A DNA stretch of 24,512 nt from Candidatus Krumholzibacteriia bacterium (GTDB lineage Bacteria > Krumholzibacteriota > Krumholzibacteriia > WVZY01): contig JAZGDW010000058.1 in NCBI GenBank assembly GCA_036478295.1, forward strand, positions 1 through 24,512, in the 5' to 3' direction. The translations under genes and the position numbers were made by a program. Below the pieces are notes generated by a model. It worked only from the letters and a program-made list of their open reading frames with translations. It was not told the DNA's origin and ran no database searches. Of the stretch, positions 1 through 8,360 are shown one piece after another; position 1 is the first letter of the stretch; the number at the start of each line of letters is the position of its first letter.

Positions 1-179
1 CTCCGCGCCGCGACGAACCTATCATCCGGACCGACGAAATCGGTGGCACGGTCGACGTCGAGGGTCGACGTGTGTCTCCAAACCACAACGCCCGCGCCTG
101 TCCGGGCCTGGGCGATCGGCGGTGAAAACAGGTACACGGCGGCCACGGCCACGGCCGAGATCAAGAGTGCGTTACGCAT
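1..179 (-). CDS. 5' part of a secreted protein (runs off the left edge of the window)
   Basis: Not in the ORF track. ATG at 179-177 with AGGAGG (192-187) 7 nt upstream. Reads MRNALLISAVAVAAVYLFSPPIAQA-RTGAGVVVWRHTSTLDVDRATDFVGPDDRFVAAR with no stop; classic Sec signal peptide ending in A-Q-A. Confidence 0.8.
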   Translation of the reverse strand, partial: MRNALLISAVAVAAVYLFSPPIAQARTGAGVVVWRHTSTLDVDRATDFVGPDDRFVAAR

Positions 180-366
180 TAGCCTTCCTCCTTGGAAAAA
201 CGGACCACCCGTCGAGGTCGATATTCGTCCATGCTCTATTCCGACCTTTCCTGGGCCCGCTTACGGCTCAGTCTGCCGTTTTGGTAGATTGAGCCTTGTA
301 AAGCAGGGAACGTTCCAACACGGTCCCCACAGCCACTACGGCGGCGGGTTTTTGGCGTATCTATTT

Positions 367-395
367 ATTATATAGTGTGTTATGTGGAATGCCAT
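367..395 (-). promoter_or_regulatory. candidate sigma70 promoter for the leftward gene
   Basis: Minus strand ATGGCA (395-390), 17-nt spacer, perfect TATAAT (372-367), in an AT-rich patch. Confidence 0.45.
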
Positions 396-486
396 GAGGC
401 GGATCGCTGCCCGCCGCTGCCCCGCGTTGGACCCGTTCGACGTGGAAACGGCAACGTGGAGCGTGCAGGAGCGGCCCACGAATAAC

Positions 487-500
487 TTGATAATAATCAA
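487..500. promoter_or_regulatory. FNR-family binding site upstream of the benzoyl-CoA operon
   Basis: TTGAT-aata-ATCAA, an exact match to the FNR consensus TTGAT-N4-ATCAA, about 95 nt upstream of the had start. Confidence 0.75.
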
Positions 501-558
501 CAAATTTCTCCTTTCCCCGCGCCTGGGGCAGTGAGTATCCTGTGAATGAGGGATTACA

Positions 559-570
559 GAACGTACGTTC
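559..570. promoter_or_regulatory. candidate repressor operator
   Basis: Perfect 12-bp palindrome GAACGTACGTTC between a possible -10 (TATCCT 536-541) and the had RBS (GGAGGT 583-588). Confidence 0.4.
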
Positions 571-595
571 GTTCGGGTTTTGGGAGGTGAGCTCT

Positions 596-1657
596 ATGGA
601 GGCCATAGAGGCCTACGGGTACTATTTCGAAAGCCCCGGCAGCCCGCTCCGGCGCCGGGATTTGAGCATTGCATCGGTGGAGCGTGAAGAGGTCGTGGTT
701 CGGGTGGCGGGCTGCGGTCTTTGCCACACGGATATTTCTTTCTATAACGGCCAGGTCGAGCCCCGGCACAAACCGCCGATCATCCTCGGCCACGAGGTGA
801 GCGGAACGGTCGTCGCCGCCGGGGAGTCGTTCCGGGACGTCGTGAGGAAGGACGTTGTCATACCCGCCGTCCTGCCCTGTGGAGAGTGCGAACTTTGTCA
901 CGGGGGCCGGAGCAACATCTGCCGCAGGCAGAAGATGCCGGGCAACGATTTCGACGGCGGTTTTGCGTCGCACATCACCGTTCCCGGCCGGCACCTGTGT
1001 CTCGTGCCCGAAGACATCGGAGACCTTGAATTGTCCGAGCTTTCGGTCATTGCCGATGCGGTGACCACTCCTTACCAGTCGCTCATGCGGAGCGGGCTCG
1101 CAAGTGGGGAGCTCGGGATTGTCATTGGTGTCGGTGGAATTGGTACCTACATGGTGCAGCTGGCGAAGGGGACGGGCGCCAGCGTCATCGCGATTGATAT
1201 CGACGAAAAGAAACTCGAGAGTGCGCGCGGGATGGGCGCGGATTACACGATCAACGCGAGTGGAATCGGCGAGCGTGAGGTCAAGCAAGCGGTGAGGGAG
1301 CTCGTCAAGGAACACGGGTTGCCAAAGAGCGGATGGAAGGTATTCGAGACCAGCGGCACAGCGCCGGGCCAGGCGACGGCCTTTTCGCTGCTGTCATTTG
1401 CCGGGGTGCTGGCCGTGGTGGGATTCACGATGGAGAAGATCCACATCCGGCTGAGCAACATCATGGCGTTCGACGCGGACGTTTTTGGCAACTGGGGATG
1501 CAAGCCGGAATACTATCCGGACGTCCTGGCGGAAGTGCTGGGCGGGCGTGTAAACATCAGGGACAACGTCGAGCAGCATCCGCTGGATTCCATAAACGAA
1601 ATCCTGCCGCTTGCGCTGGAGCACAAATTGGAGAAACGGGTGGTTTTCGTACCATAG
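596..1657 (+). CDS. had: 6-hydroxycyclohex-1-ene-1-carbonyl-CoA dehydrogenase (Zn-dependent MDR alcohol dehydrogenase)
   Basis: Catalytic Zn motifs CGLCHTD and GHE; structural Zn CGECELC-x7-C; Rossmann GVGGIG; Had-typical ADAVTTPYQ and GNWGC. Adjacent to oah/dch/bcr. Start moved to ATG 596 because GGAGGT precedes it. Confidence 0.9.
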   Translation: MEAIEAYGYYFESPGSPLRRRDLSIASVEREEVVVRVAGCGLCHTDISFYNGQVEPRHKPPIILGHEVSGTVVAAGESFRDVVRKDVVIPAVLPCGECELCHGGRSNICRRQKMPGNDFDGGFASHITVPGRHLCLVPEDIGDLELSELSVIADAVTTPYQSLMRSGLASGELGIVIGVGGIGTYMVQLAKGTGASVIAIDIDEKKLESARGMGADYTINASGIGEREVKQAVRELVKEHGLPKSGWKVFETSGTAPGQATAFSLLSFAGVLAVVGFTMEKIHIRLSNIMAFDADVFGNWGCKPEYYPDVLAEVLGGRVNIRDNVEQHPLDSINEILPLALEHKLEKRVVFVP

Positions 1658-1728
1658 GCGGGTGGCGTTCTCTCGTTCGGGTGCAGAGGCGGGCGACAGG
1701 GAACCGGTCACAATAAGGAGACTCAAAG

Positions 1729-2805
1729 ATGAAGAATCACGAACTGGTTTCGGATGTGTCCTACAAGGACATCCTGGTTGAGAAAAGACCATTGCGCGAT
1801 AACGACGGCAAAGAGGTCGAAGGGCTTCTTAACTACTGGATATTCCTCAACAACCCCGGGCAGTACAACTCGTACACGACGAACGCCCTCAAGGAATTGA
1901 TCCTGGCGTTCCGGCAGGCGTCGTGCGACCGCTCGGCCGTGGCCGCGATCCTGACCGGGGTGGGGGACAAGGCTTTCTGTACCGGCGGCAACACGAAGGA
2001 ATACGCGGAGTACTATGCGGGCAACCCGCAGGAGTACAAGCAGTACATGCGCCTGTTCAACGATATGGTGACGACCATTCTCACGTGCGACAAACCGGTG
2101 ATCAACCGGGTCAACGGCATGCGAATCGCGGGCGGGCAGGAAGCAGGGATGGCCTGCGACTTTTCGATTGCCGCGGACACGGCGGTTTTCGGACAGGCGG
2201 GACCCAAGCACGGTTCGGCGCCGGATGGCGGCTCCACGGATTTTCTGCATCTGTATGTCGGCCTGGGCCGCGCGATCGAGTCCTGCACCCTGTGTGGCTG
2301 GTGGTCCGCCCAAGAGGCGGTGAGGATGGGTCTGATCAACAAGATCACGCCGGTGCTCAAGAATGCGGACGGCGTCTTCATTTCGAGTCCATTCGCCAGC
2401 ATGGAAGAGTCGGACGAGTGGGGCAATCCCGCCCTCGGCAGGCTGAAGACGGGCAAGGCCCGCGAAGAGGCAAAGCGGGTTGCCGAAGGCTGCACGATCG
2501 ACCTGTCGCTGCTCGACGCCGAAACGGAAAAGCTCGCGTACGCGTTGGCGCTAACAATGCCGGACTGCATGAGCAAGACGCTCGAGTCGCTGCGCAAGAA
2601 GAAACTCGAGCACTGGCAGAAGAACTGTGAGACCAACCGCTCGTGGCTCGCGCTGAATATGATGACGGAGGCGAAGGCCGGCTTTCGCGCCTTCAACGAA
2701 GGGCCCAAGCACAACCGCGAGGTGGATTTTATCGCCTTGCGCCGCGCACTGGCCGAGGCAACGCCGTGGAGCGATGACCTCGTTGAACGCATCATGCCCA
2801 AGTAG
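1729..2805 (+). CDS. oah: 6-oxocyclohex-1-ene-1-carbonyl-CoA hydrolase (ring-opening crotonase; Oah/BamA/BzdY family)
   Basis: Motifs QYNSYTT, AFCTGGNTKEYAEYY, NGMRIAGGQE, GQAGPKHGSAP and WLALNMMTEAKAGF; AAGGAG RBS at 1715-1720. Confidence 0.95.
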   Translation: MKNHELVSDVSYKDILVEKRPLRDNDGKEVEGLLNYWIFLNNPGQYNSYTTNALKELILAFRQASCDRSAVAAILTGVGDKAFCTGGNTKEYAEYYAGNPQEYKQYMRLFNDMVTTILTCDKPVINRVNGMRIAGGQEAGMACDFSIAADTAVFGQAGPKHGSAPDGGSTDFLHLYVGLGRAIESCTLCGWWSAQEAVRMGLINKITPVLKNADGVFISSPFASMEESDEWGNPALGRLKTGKAREEAKRVAEGCTIDLSLLDAETEKLAYALALTMPDCMSKTLESLRKKKLEHWQKNCETNRSWLALNMMTEAKAGFRAFNEGPKHNREVDFIALRRALAEATPWSDDLVERIMPK

Positions 2806-2837
2806 CCGTTATGCCGACCTTGCGGCGGCATAACGGC
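2805..2837 (+). other. stem-loop immediately after the oah stop
   Basis: GCCGTTATGCCG (2805-2816) and CGGCATAACGGC (2826-2837) form a perfect 12-bp inverted repeat with a 9-nt loop and no U-tract. Confidence 0.7.
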
Positions 2838-2988
2838 CGGCGATTAGGAGCAGACAGTGCAAGCGCTGCAGCTCAATCACCGGGATTGCTGGCCACCCGG
2901 GGCATAACGGCCGGCGATTGGAGCAGACAGCGCAAGTGCTGCAGCTCAATCACCGGGATTGCTGGCCACCCGGGGCATAACGGCCGGC
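2827..2988. repeat. tandem direct repeat, 73-74 bp unit, about 2.2 copies
   Basis: Units begin GGCATAACGGCCGGC at 2827, 2901 and 2974 (third is partial). The two full copies differ by one indel and two substitutions. Confidence 0.95.
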
Positions 2989-3037
2989 CTTGCGGCGGGC
3001 ATGGCTGCACGGCCAAACTCGAAAAAGGAGACCAAGG

Positions 3038-3820
3038 GTGGCCCACGAAGTAATCAACGTCAACTACCTGCACGACGGACAGGTGGTGGAAATCGTCCTG
3101 GGGCCGGGGCCGGGGAATATTGTCACCGCACGGCTGATTCAGGAAATATCGACCGAGATCGGGATACTGACTGACGGTTCACCTGACAACCGAAGCCGCA
3201 AGCTGATCGTTTTCACAGGTGAGGGGGAGCATTTTAGTTACGGCGCTAGTGTTGAGGAACACAAGGCCGAGAGTGTGGGAGAAATGCTCCCCCAGTTTCA
3301 CCGGTTGATCGGGGAGATTCTCGAGTGCGACATTCCGACCCTGGCGAAGGTGTCCGGGTTGTGCCTGGGGGGCGGGTTCGAGCTCGCCCTGTCCTGCGCC
3401 ATGATATTCAGTGCCGGGGATGCCAAGTTCGGAGTTCCGGAGATCCAGCTGGGGGTCTTTCCACCGGTCGCCAGTGTACTCCTGCCCCACAAGATGGCAG
3501 AGTCGGCCGCCTCGCAAATGATCCTTACCGGCGCGAAGGTCAGCGCCGGCGAGCTCCAGCGTCTGGGCGTCGTGCACGCCGCGACGGGCTCGATCGACGA
3601 TTCGGTGGAGCAGTTCATCCAGAAACAGATTCTCCCCAAGAGCGCATCGTCGCTCAGGTTTGCGTGCCGTGCGGCGCGGGCGGGCATCCGGCGGCAGTAT
3701 CGCGAAAACATAGCAGAGGTGGAGCGCCTCTACCTCGACCAGCTCATGGCCACCGCGGATGCCCGGGAGGGCATCGACGCGTTTCTCGAAAAACGCTCCC
3801 CGAAATGGACCCACAAATAG
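3038..3820 (+). CDS. dch: cyclohexa-1,5-diene-1-carbonyl-CoA hydratase (crotonase family)
   Basis: HFSYGASVEEH, CLGGGFEL and PEIQLGVFPP motifs; GTG start at 3038 with AAGGAG at 3025-3030; pathway context. Confidence 0.9.
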   Translation: MAHEVINVNYLHDGQVVEIVLGPGPGNIVTARLIQEISTEIGILTDGSPDNRSRKLIVFTGEGEHFSYGASVEEHKAESVGEMLPQFHRLIGEILECDIPTLAKVSGLCLGGGFELALSCAMIFSAGDAKFGVPEIQLGVFPPVASVLLPHKMAESAASQMILTGAKVSAGELQRLGVVHAATGSIDDSVEQFIQKQILPKSASSLRFACRAARAGIRRQYRENIAEVERLYLDQLMATADAREGIDAFLEKRSPKWTHK

Positions 3821-3831
3821 GAGGTAGTTCC

Positions 3832-4572
3832 CTGGCCGACAAGCGACATAAGCCCGATCCCATCGGTTCCTGGTCGATGACCGAAGGCCTGGACGAGATC
3901 CTGAAGAAATCGTGTCACTTGATGGCACGCCAGGGGTTTCACGGGACCAGTATGCGCGATCTCGCGCAGGCAACCGGGCGAAGCCTGTCGGGCCTGTACC
4001 ACTACTTTCGCAACAAAGAGGACCTGCTCTTTCTCATCAACTTCTACGGATTCAAGACGCTGAACGAGACGTGGGCCAGGATCGCCGATAACTTCGAACA
4101 TCCACGGGAGAAGCTGTACACGTTCGTTTATTTTCACACCGCCTATTTCATCGAGCACATGGACGAGATGCGCGTGATGACCTGGGGGACTCACGAATTG
4201 CACCTGGAGAAGGCCACGGTGATACAGAAACTCAAAGACCGGTATACCGCCGCCGCCCGTGGGATCGTCCGGGATGTATATCAAGCCGACAAGCGGATGG
4301 ACCTGGACGAACGCCGGTCATGGCGGGAGACATACCTGCTGTTCGGGATGATGAACTGGATGTTCAGCTGGTATTCGGCGAAAGACCATGGGGGCGTCAG
4401 CGATCTCGTCGGTGATATTTATCGTACGTTCGTGTCGGGCATTTCGGGTAACGGCCGTGACCAGATCGACATCGAGCGCCTGAAGAGTGTGGTCGGCAAA
4501 TCGTTTCGCGAGAACAAGGCGGCGTCGATGTGGGCGACGACCGGTGAATCGGACCACTTGGAGAAATCATGA
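3832..4572 (+). CDS. TetR/AcrR-family transcriptional regulator (PaaR/KstR2-like); start uncertain (CTG 3832 or ATG 3877)
   Basis: HTH ILKKSCHLMARQGFHGTSMRDLAQATGRSLSGLYHYFRNKEDLL; C-terminal LFGMMNWMFSWY. Its stop overlaps the bcrC start (ATGA). Confidence 0.9.
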   Translation: MADKRHKPDPIGSWSMTEGLDEILKKSCHLMARQGFHGTSMRDLAQATGRSLSGLYHYFRNKEDLLFLINFYGFKTLNETWARIADNFEHPREKLYTFVYFHTAYFIEHMDEMRVMTWGTHELHLEKATVIQKLKDRYTAAARGIVRDVYQADKRMDLDERRSWRETYLLFGMMNWMFSWYSAKDHGGVSDLVGDIYRTFVSGISGNGRDQIDIERLKSVVGKSFRENKAASMWATTGESDHLEKS

Positions 4573-5729
4573 GCGTCGGCAGCACTGTGAGCAGATGCGA
4601 GGAACTCTACAACGATCTCCATTTCTCGTACGTCAAGGAGTGGAAGAAAAAGCGCGGCGGTCGCGCCATCGGCTATATGCCCATCTACGTGCCACGCGAG
4701 ATCATCCACGCGGCGGGCATGCTGCCCGTCGGCATAATGGGCGCCGGTGACAACCTCGAAATCATTCGCGGAGACGCATACTACCAGTCGTACATCTGCC
4801 ACATTCCCCGCTCGACAATCGAGCTGGGCCTCGGGGGCCGCCTCGATTGTCTGGACGGCATGCTGTTTCCCGCCATTTGCGACGTTATCCGTAACCTCAG
4901 CGGTATGTGGCAGCTGATGTTCAAGGACAAGTATGTGAAATACATCGATTATCCCCAGAACTTCAATGCGGGCATCGGCGGCAACTTCTATGTCAACGAG
5001 TTGAATCAGCTCCGCAACGACCTCGGGGCCATGAACGGCAAGCCGATCCACAACGACAAACTCAACGAGTCGATCAAACTCTACAACAAGAACGCGAAGG
5101 CAATCGACAGACTGTACGCGCTCCGCGCCGAGGCGCCTCACCTGGTGCCGACCTACGAGCTCTATCTGCTCATGCGCGCGGGGAATATTCTGGAGGTCTC
5201 GGAGCACACCCGTATGGTCGAAGAGTACCTCTCGCAGGTGAAGAAGGAGAAACGGCATGAAATGGACAACATTCGCGTCATCGTCACCGGCGTCTTCTGC
5301 GAACAGCCGCCGCTCGGGCTGATACGAGCGCTCGAGCAGAGCGGCTGTTACATCGTGGATGACGACTGGGTGCTGGGCGCGCGCTACCTCACCGGCGGGG
5401 TGGCGATAACCGACGACCCAGTACAGGCCCTGTCCGACGGCTATTTGAACCACGGCGTCGCAACGGCTTCGCGTTACATCGACCAGGAGGAAAAAGGGCG
5501 TGATCTCATCGATCGCGTCAAGAAGCTCAACGCGGAGGGGGTCATTTTCGCGTCGCCGAGCTTCTGCGACCCGGCGCTGCTCGAGCGGCCGATGCTGCAG
5601 AGCGCGCTCACGAAGGCGAACATTCCCAACACATCATTCAAGTTTTCGGAAAACTCGGGCCAGTACCAGGTCATCAAAGAGCAGACAGGAACCTTTTCGG
5701 ACTCGATCAAACTTTGGGGGACGGCATGA
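4569..5729 (+). CDS. bcrC: benzoyl-CoA reductase subunit C (2-hydroxyacyl-CoA dehydratase-like)
   Basis: 386 aa with GDAYYQSYICHIPRSTIELG, PAICDVIRNLSGMW, GVFCEQPP, SFCDPALLERPM and EQTGTFSDSIKLW; first gene of the CBAD order. Confidence 0.93.
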   Translation: MSVGSTVSRCEELYNDLHFSYVKEWKKKRGGRAIGYMPIYVPREIIHAAGMLPVGIMGAGDNLEIIRGDAYYQSYICHIPRSTIELGLGGRLDCLDGMLFPAICDVIRNLSGMWQLMFKDKYVKYIDYPQNFNAGIGGNFYVNELNQLRNDLGAMNGKPIHNDKLNESIKLYNKNAKAIDRLYALRAEAPHLVPTYELYLLMRAGNILEVSEHTRMVEEYLSQVKKEKRHEMDNIRVIVTGVFCEQPPLGLIRALEQSGCYIVDDDWVLGARYLTGGVAITDDPVQALSDGYLNHGVATASRYIDQEEKGRDLIDRVKKLNAEGVIFASPSFCDPALLERPMLQSALTKANIPNTSFKFSENSGQYQVIKEQTGTFSDSIKLWGTA

Positions 5730-6994
5730 GCCAGAATACTACCGCTCAAAAAGAAAAGAGCATGGAGCTGCAGAAGGAAATGATCGCCGCCCATTTCAAG
5801 CGGTTGTCCAGGGTGAAGGAAACGGGCAAGAAGGTTGTCTACACGTTCGTTCCCGGCAATCTCAACGAGCTGATATGGTCGTTCGACATGCTGCCCGTTC
5901 ATCCCGAGATCAACGCCCTGCAATCGGCGATGCGCAAGAAGAGCAGCCAGTACGTGCTCGAAGCCGAGAAGCACGGCCACTCGGAGGACGTCTGCACCTA
6001 CGTCAAATGTGACATCGGCATGTTGAAGAGCGGGAATATCGGTCCCACAGGTGAGAAGCTCCCCGAACCCGACCTGCTGTTACTCAGCTATACCGGTTGC
6101 TTCACGTTCATGAAATGGTTCGAGCTGCTCAAGCAGGAATACGGCTGCCCGGTGGCGATGCTGCACGTGCCCTACCAGGGGGACGGAGAGCAAACACCGG
6201 AGATGCTCGAGTACGTGGTGAAGCAGCTCAGGGATGAGGTCATACCGCTGATGGAAAAAATCTCCGGCAACAAGTTCGACGAGGACCGCCTGCGCGGGTT
6301 TATGGCCGCGTCGGCAAGAGCCGAGGACGACCTCGTCGCCGTATGGGAGTCGGCGAAGCACCGCCCGTCGCCCATCGACGCCTATTTCGGCGGAGTGTTC
6401 TACATCGGCCCGATGTTCTCGGCGTTCCGGGGGCTGGAATCCTGCGAGGATTACTACAAGACCCTGCGCGAAGAAGTCGACAACCGGGTGGCGAAGAAGC
6501 TGGGGCCCATCACGCCCGACGGCATGATGAAGGAGGAAAAGTACCGCCTGGTGGTGGAAGGACCCCCGAACTGGACCAGCTTCCGCGACTTCTGGAAGAT
6601 GTTCTACGAGGAAGGCGCGGTCGTGGTGAGCTCTTCTTACACCAAGGTCGGCGGTATCTACGATTCCGGCTTTCGCCACGATCCTGACCGTCCGCTGGAG
6701 AGCCTCGCGGAGTATTGCTCCGGATGCTACACCAACCTCAACCTGCCGACGCGGATCGAGCTCCTGCAAAAAGCCATGGACGATTTTGAGGCGGACGGGT
6801 TCTTGATCAACTCGATCAAGAGCTGTAATTCCTTTTCGGCCGGGCAGCTGCTCATCCTGCGCGAGCTGGAGAACCGCACCGGCAAAGCGGGGGGATTCAT
6901 CGAGTCCGACCTCGTGGACCCGCGGTATTTCAGCGCGGCGAACATCAAGAACCGGCTGGAATCCTATTTCCAGATGATCGACGCCAAACGATAG
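5726..6994 (+). CDS. bcrB: benzoyl-CoA reductase subunit B
   Basis: GHSEDVCTYVKCDIG, SYTGCFTFMKWFE, EGPPNWTSF, KSCNSFSAGQ and ESDLVDPRYFS; ATG 5726 overlaps the bcrC stop (ATGA). Confidence 0.93.
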   Translation: MSQNTTAQKEKSMELQKEMIAAHFKRLSRVKETGKKVVYTFVPGNLNELIWSFDMLPVHPEINALQSAMRKKSSQYVLEAEKHGHSEDVCTYVKCDIGMLKSGNIGPTGEKLPEPDLLLLSYTGCFTFMKWFELLKQEYGCPVAMLHVPYQGDGEQTPEMLEYVVKQLRDEVIPLMEKISGNKFDEDRLRGFMAASARAEDDLVAVWESAKHRPSPIDAYFGGVFYIGPMFSAFRGLESCEDYYKTLREEVDNRVAKKLGPITPDGMMKEEKYRLVVEGPPNWTSFRDFWKMFYEEGAVVVSSSYTKVGGIYDSGFRHDPDRPLESLAEYCSGCYTNLNLPTRIELLQKAMDDFEADGFLINSIKSCNSFSAGQLLILRELENRTGKAGGFIESDLVDPRYFSAANIKNRLESYFQMIDAKR

Positions 6995-7004
6995 GAGCGA
7001 ACGG

Positions 7005-8360
7005 ATGGATTGTTACATCGGAATCGACCTTGGTTCGACCACGACGAAGGCCGTCTACATGGACACGGACGAGCGCATCCTGGGCCGCGGCATTACGAAC
7101 AGCCGGGCCAACTACGGGCTCGCCTGTGAGATCGCGAGCGACGAGGCCGCTATCAATTCCCGTTTTCACCTGCTCAGGCGCAAGATCGGCGAGAAGCACG
7201 ACTCCGGCGAGTTGGTGACCAACCTCATGGATTGGCTGGGATGCAAGTTCAAACTGGCGCAGCACCTGCAGCAGGTAGAGGCGCTGGAGAGAGTATGCGG
7301 CGAGATTGTGGGCGGCTGGACCGATGCGGAGGCGAAGAAAGCCCACATGCCGGCGCTCGCAAAGATATTCGCCGAGATGAACGACCTCGCCGCTCCGATG
7401 TTCCGGCCCGGCGTCAAGTCGCGCAGCGACTTCTTCAGGGATATCGCCTCGAGCCAGTTTCTCGACAATGCCGAGGGACTGGCCCGGAGTGACGGCGTGT
7501 CGTTCGACCGCCTGACCGGCCTTTTCGACAAGGCGATCCTCCTGGTCGAGGGCGAGAGCTTCGCGGAGCACTACGACACCTATCTCGATTTCGCGTGCCG
7601 GGAAACGCTCAAGGTCGACGGCTTCAGCGCGCTCGAAGACGAAATCAAGCGGGCGACCGAGTACGCGGCCACGGTCGAATTCAACGCCATCAATACAATC
7701 GGCACCGGTTACGGGCGCCAGACCCTCCCGTTCCCCAAGCACCAGATCCGCTCGGAGATTCTGTGCCACGGGTTGGGGGCGCACTCCATGTTCCCGCGGA
7801 CGGCAACGGTGCTCGATATCGGTGGGCAGGACACGAAGGCCATCCAGGTCGACCCCGCCGGCGTCGTGACGAACTTTCAGATGAACGACCGCTGCGCGGC
7901 CGGGTGCGGCAGATACCTTGGGTACATCGCCGACGAAATGAACATGGGCGTGCACGAGCTGGGGCCGCTGGCGATGACGGCGAAGCGCACGGTCCGCATC
8001 AACTCGACCTGCACCGTGTTCGCCGGCGCGGAGCTCCGCGAGAGGCTGGCCCTTGGCGAGAGGCGTGAGGACATTCTCTCCGGCCTGCACCGGGCCATTG
8101 TCATCCGGTCGATGTCGCTTCTGGCGAGGAGCGGCGGCGTAAAGGACGAGTTTACTTTTACCGGTGGCGTGGCCAAAAACGAGGCGGCGACCGATGCGCT
8201 GAAGAAGCTCGTGTTCGAGAACTACGGAGAGATGACGATCAACATCAGCCCGGACAGCATTTACACCGGGGCATTGGGGGCCGCGCTCTTTGCCCGCCGG
8301 GACGAGAAGGGCGATCTGGTGAACGTGGATCTGAAGAAACTGAGAAAGAGGGTACACTGA
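7005..8360 (+). CDS. bcrA: benzoyl-CoA reductase subunit A (ASKHA ATPase, [4Fe-4S] activator)
   Basis: GIDLGSTTTK, long helical insertion, GTGYGR, SEILCHG, LDIGGQDTK, MNDRCAAGCG, NSTCTVFA and TGGVAKN; AGGAG RBS at 6993-6997. Confidence 0.95.
   Translation: MDCYIGIDLGSTTTKAVYMDTDERILGRGITNSRANYGLACEIASDEAAINSRFHLLRRKIGEKHDSGELVTNLMDWLGCKFKLAQHLQQVEALERVCGEIVGGWTDAEAKKAHMPALAKIFAEMNDLAAPMFRPGVKSRSDFFRDIASSQFLDNAEGLARSDGVSFDRLTGLFDKAILLVEGESFAEHYDTYLDFACRETLKVDGFSALEDEIKRATEYAATVEFNAINTIGTGYGRQTLPFPKHQIRSEILCHGLGAHSMFPRTATVLDIGGQDTKAIQVDPAGVVTNFQMNDRCAAGCGRYLGYIADEMNMGVHELGPLAMTAKRTVRINSTCTVFAGAELRERLALGERREDILSGLHRAIVIRSMSLLARSGGVKDEFTFTGGVAKNEAATDALKKLVFENYGEMTINISPDSIYTGALGAALFARRDEKGDLVNVDLKKLRKRVH

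Noticed and set aside
43..606. ORFs 43-375 (+) and 361-606 (-)
   Set aside because: No recognisable motifs or RBS; they overlap the better-supported leftward gene and the regulatory region.
2827..2988. Tandem repeat as a CRISPR array
   Set aside because: Units are 73-74 bp, contiguous and near-identical throughout, with no unique spacers and no cas genes.
2811..3053. 80-aa ORF (and the 2873-3073 and 2959-3174 ORFs) across the repeat
   Set aside because: No RBS, the 74/73-bp period breaks frame, and they overlap the dch start; translations of the repeat only.
3325..3831. N-terminal extension making the TetR ORF 415 aa (apparent fusion or overlapping gene)
   Set aside because: An alternative frame within dch with Arg/Gly/Pro-rich non-protein-like composition; the recognisable protein starts after the dch stop.
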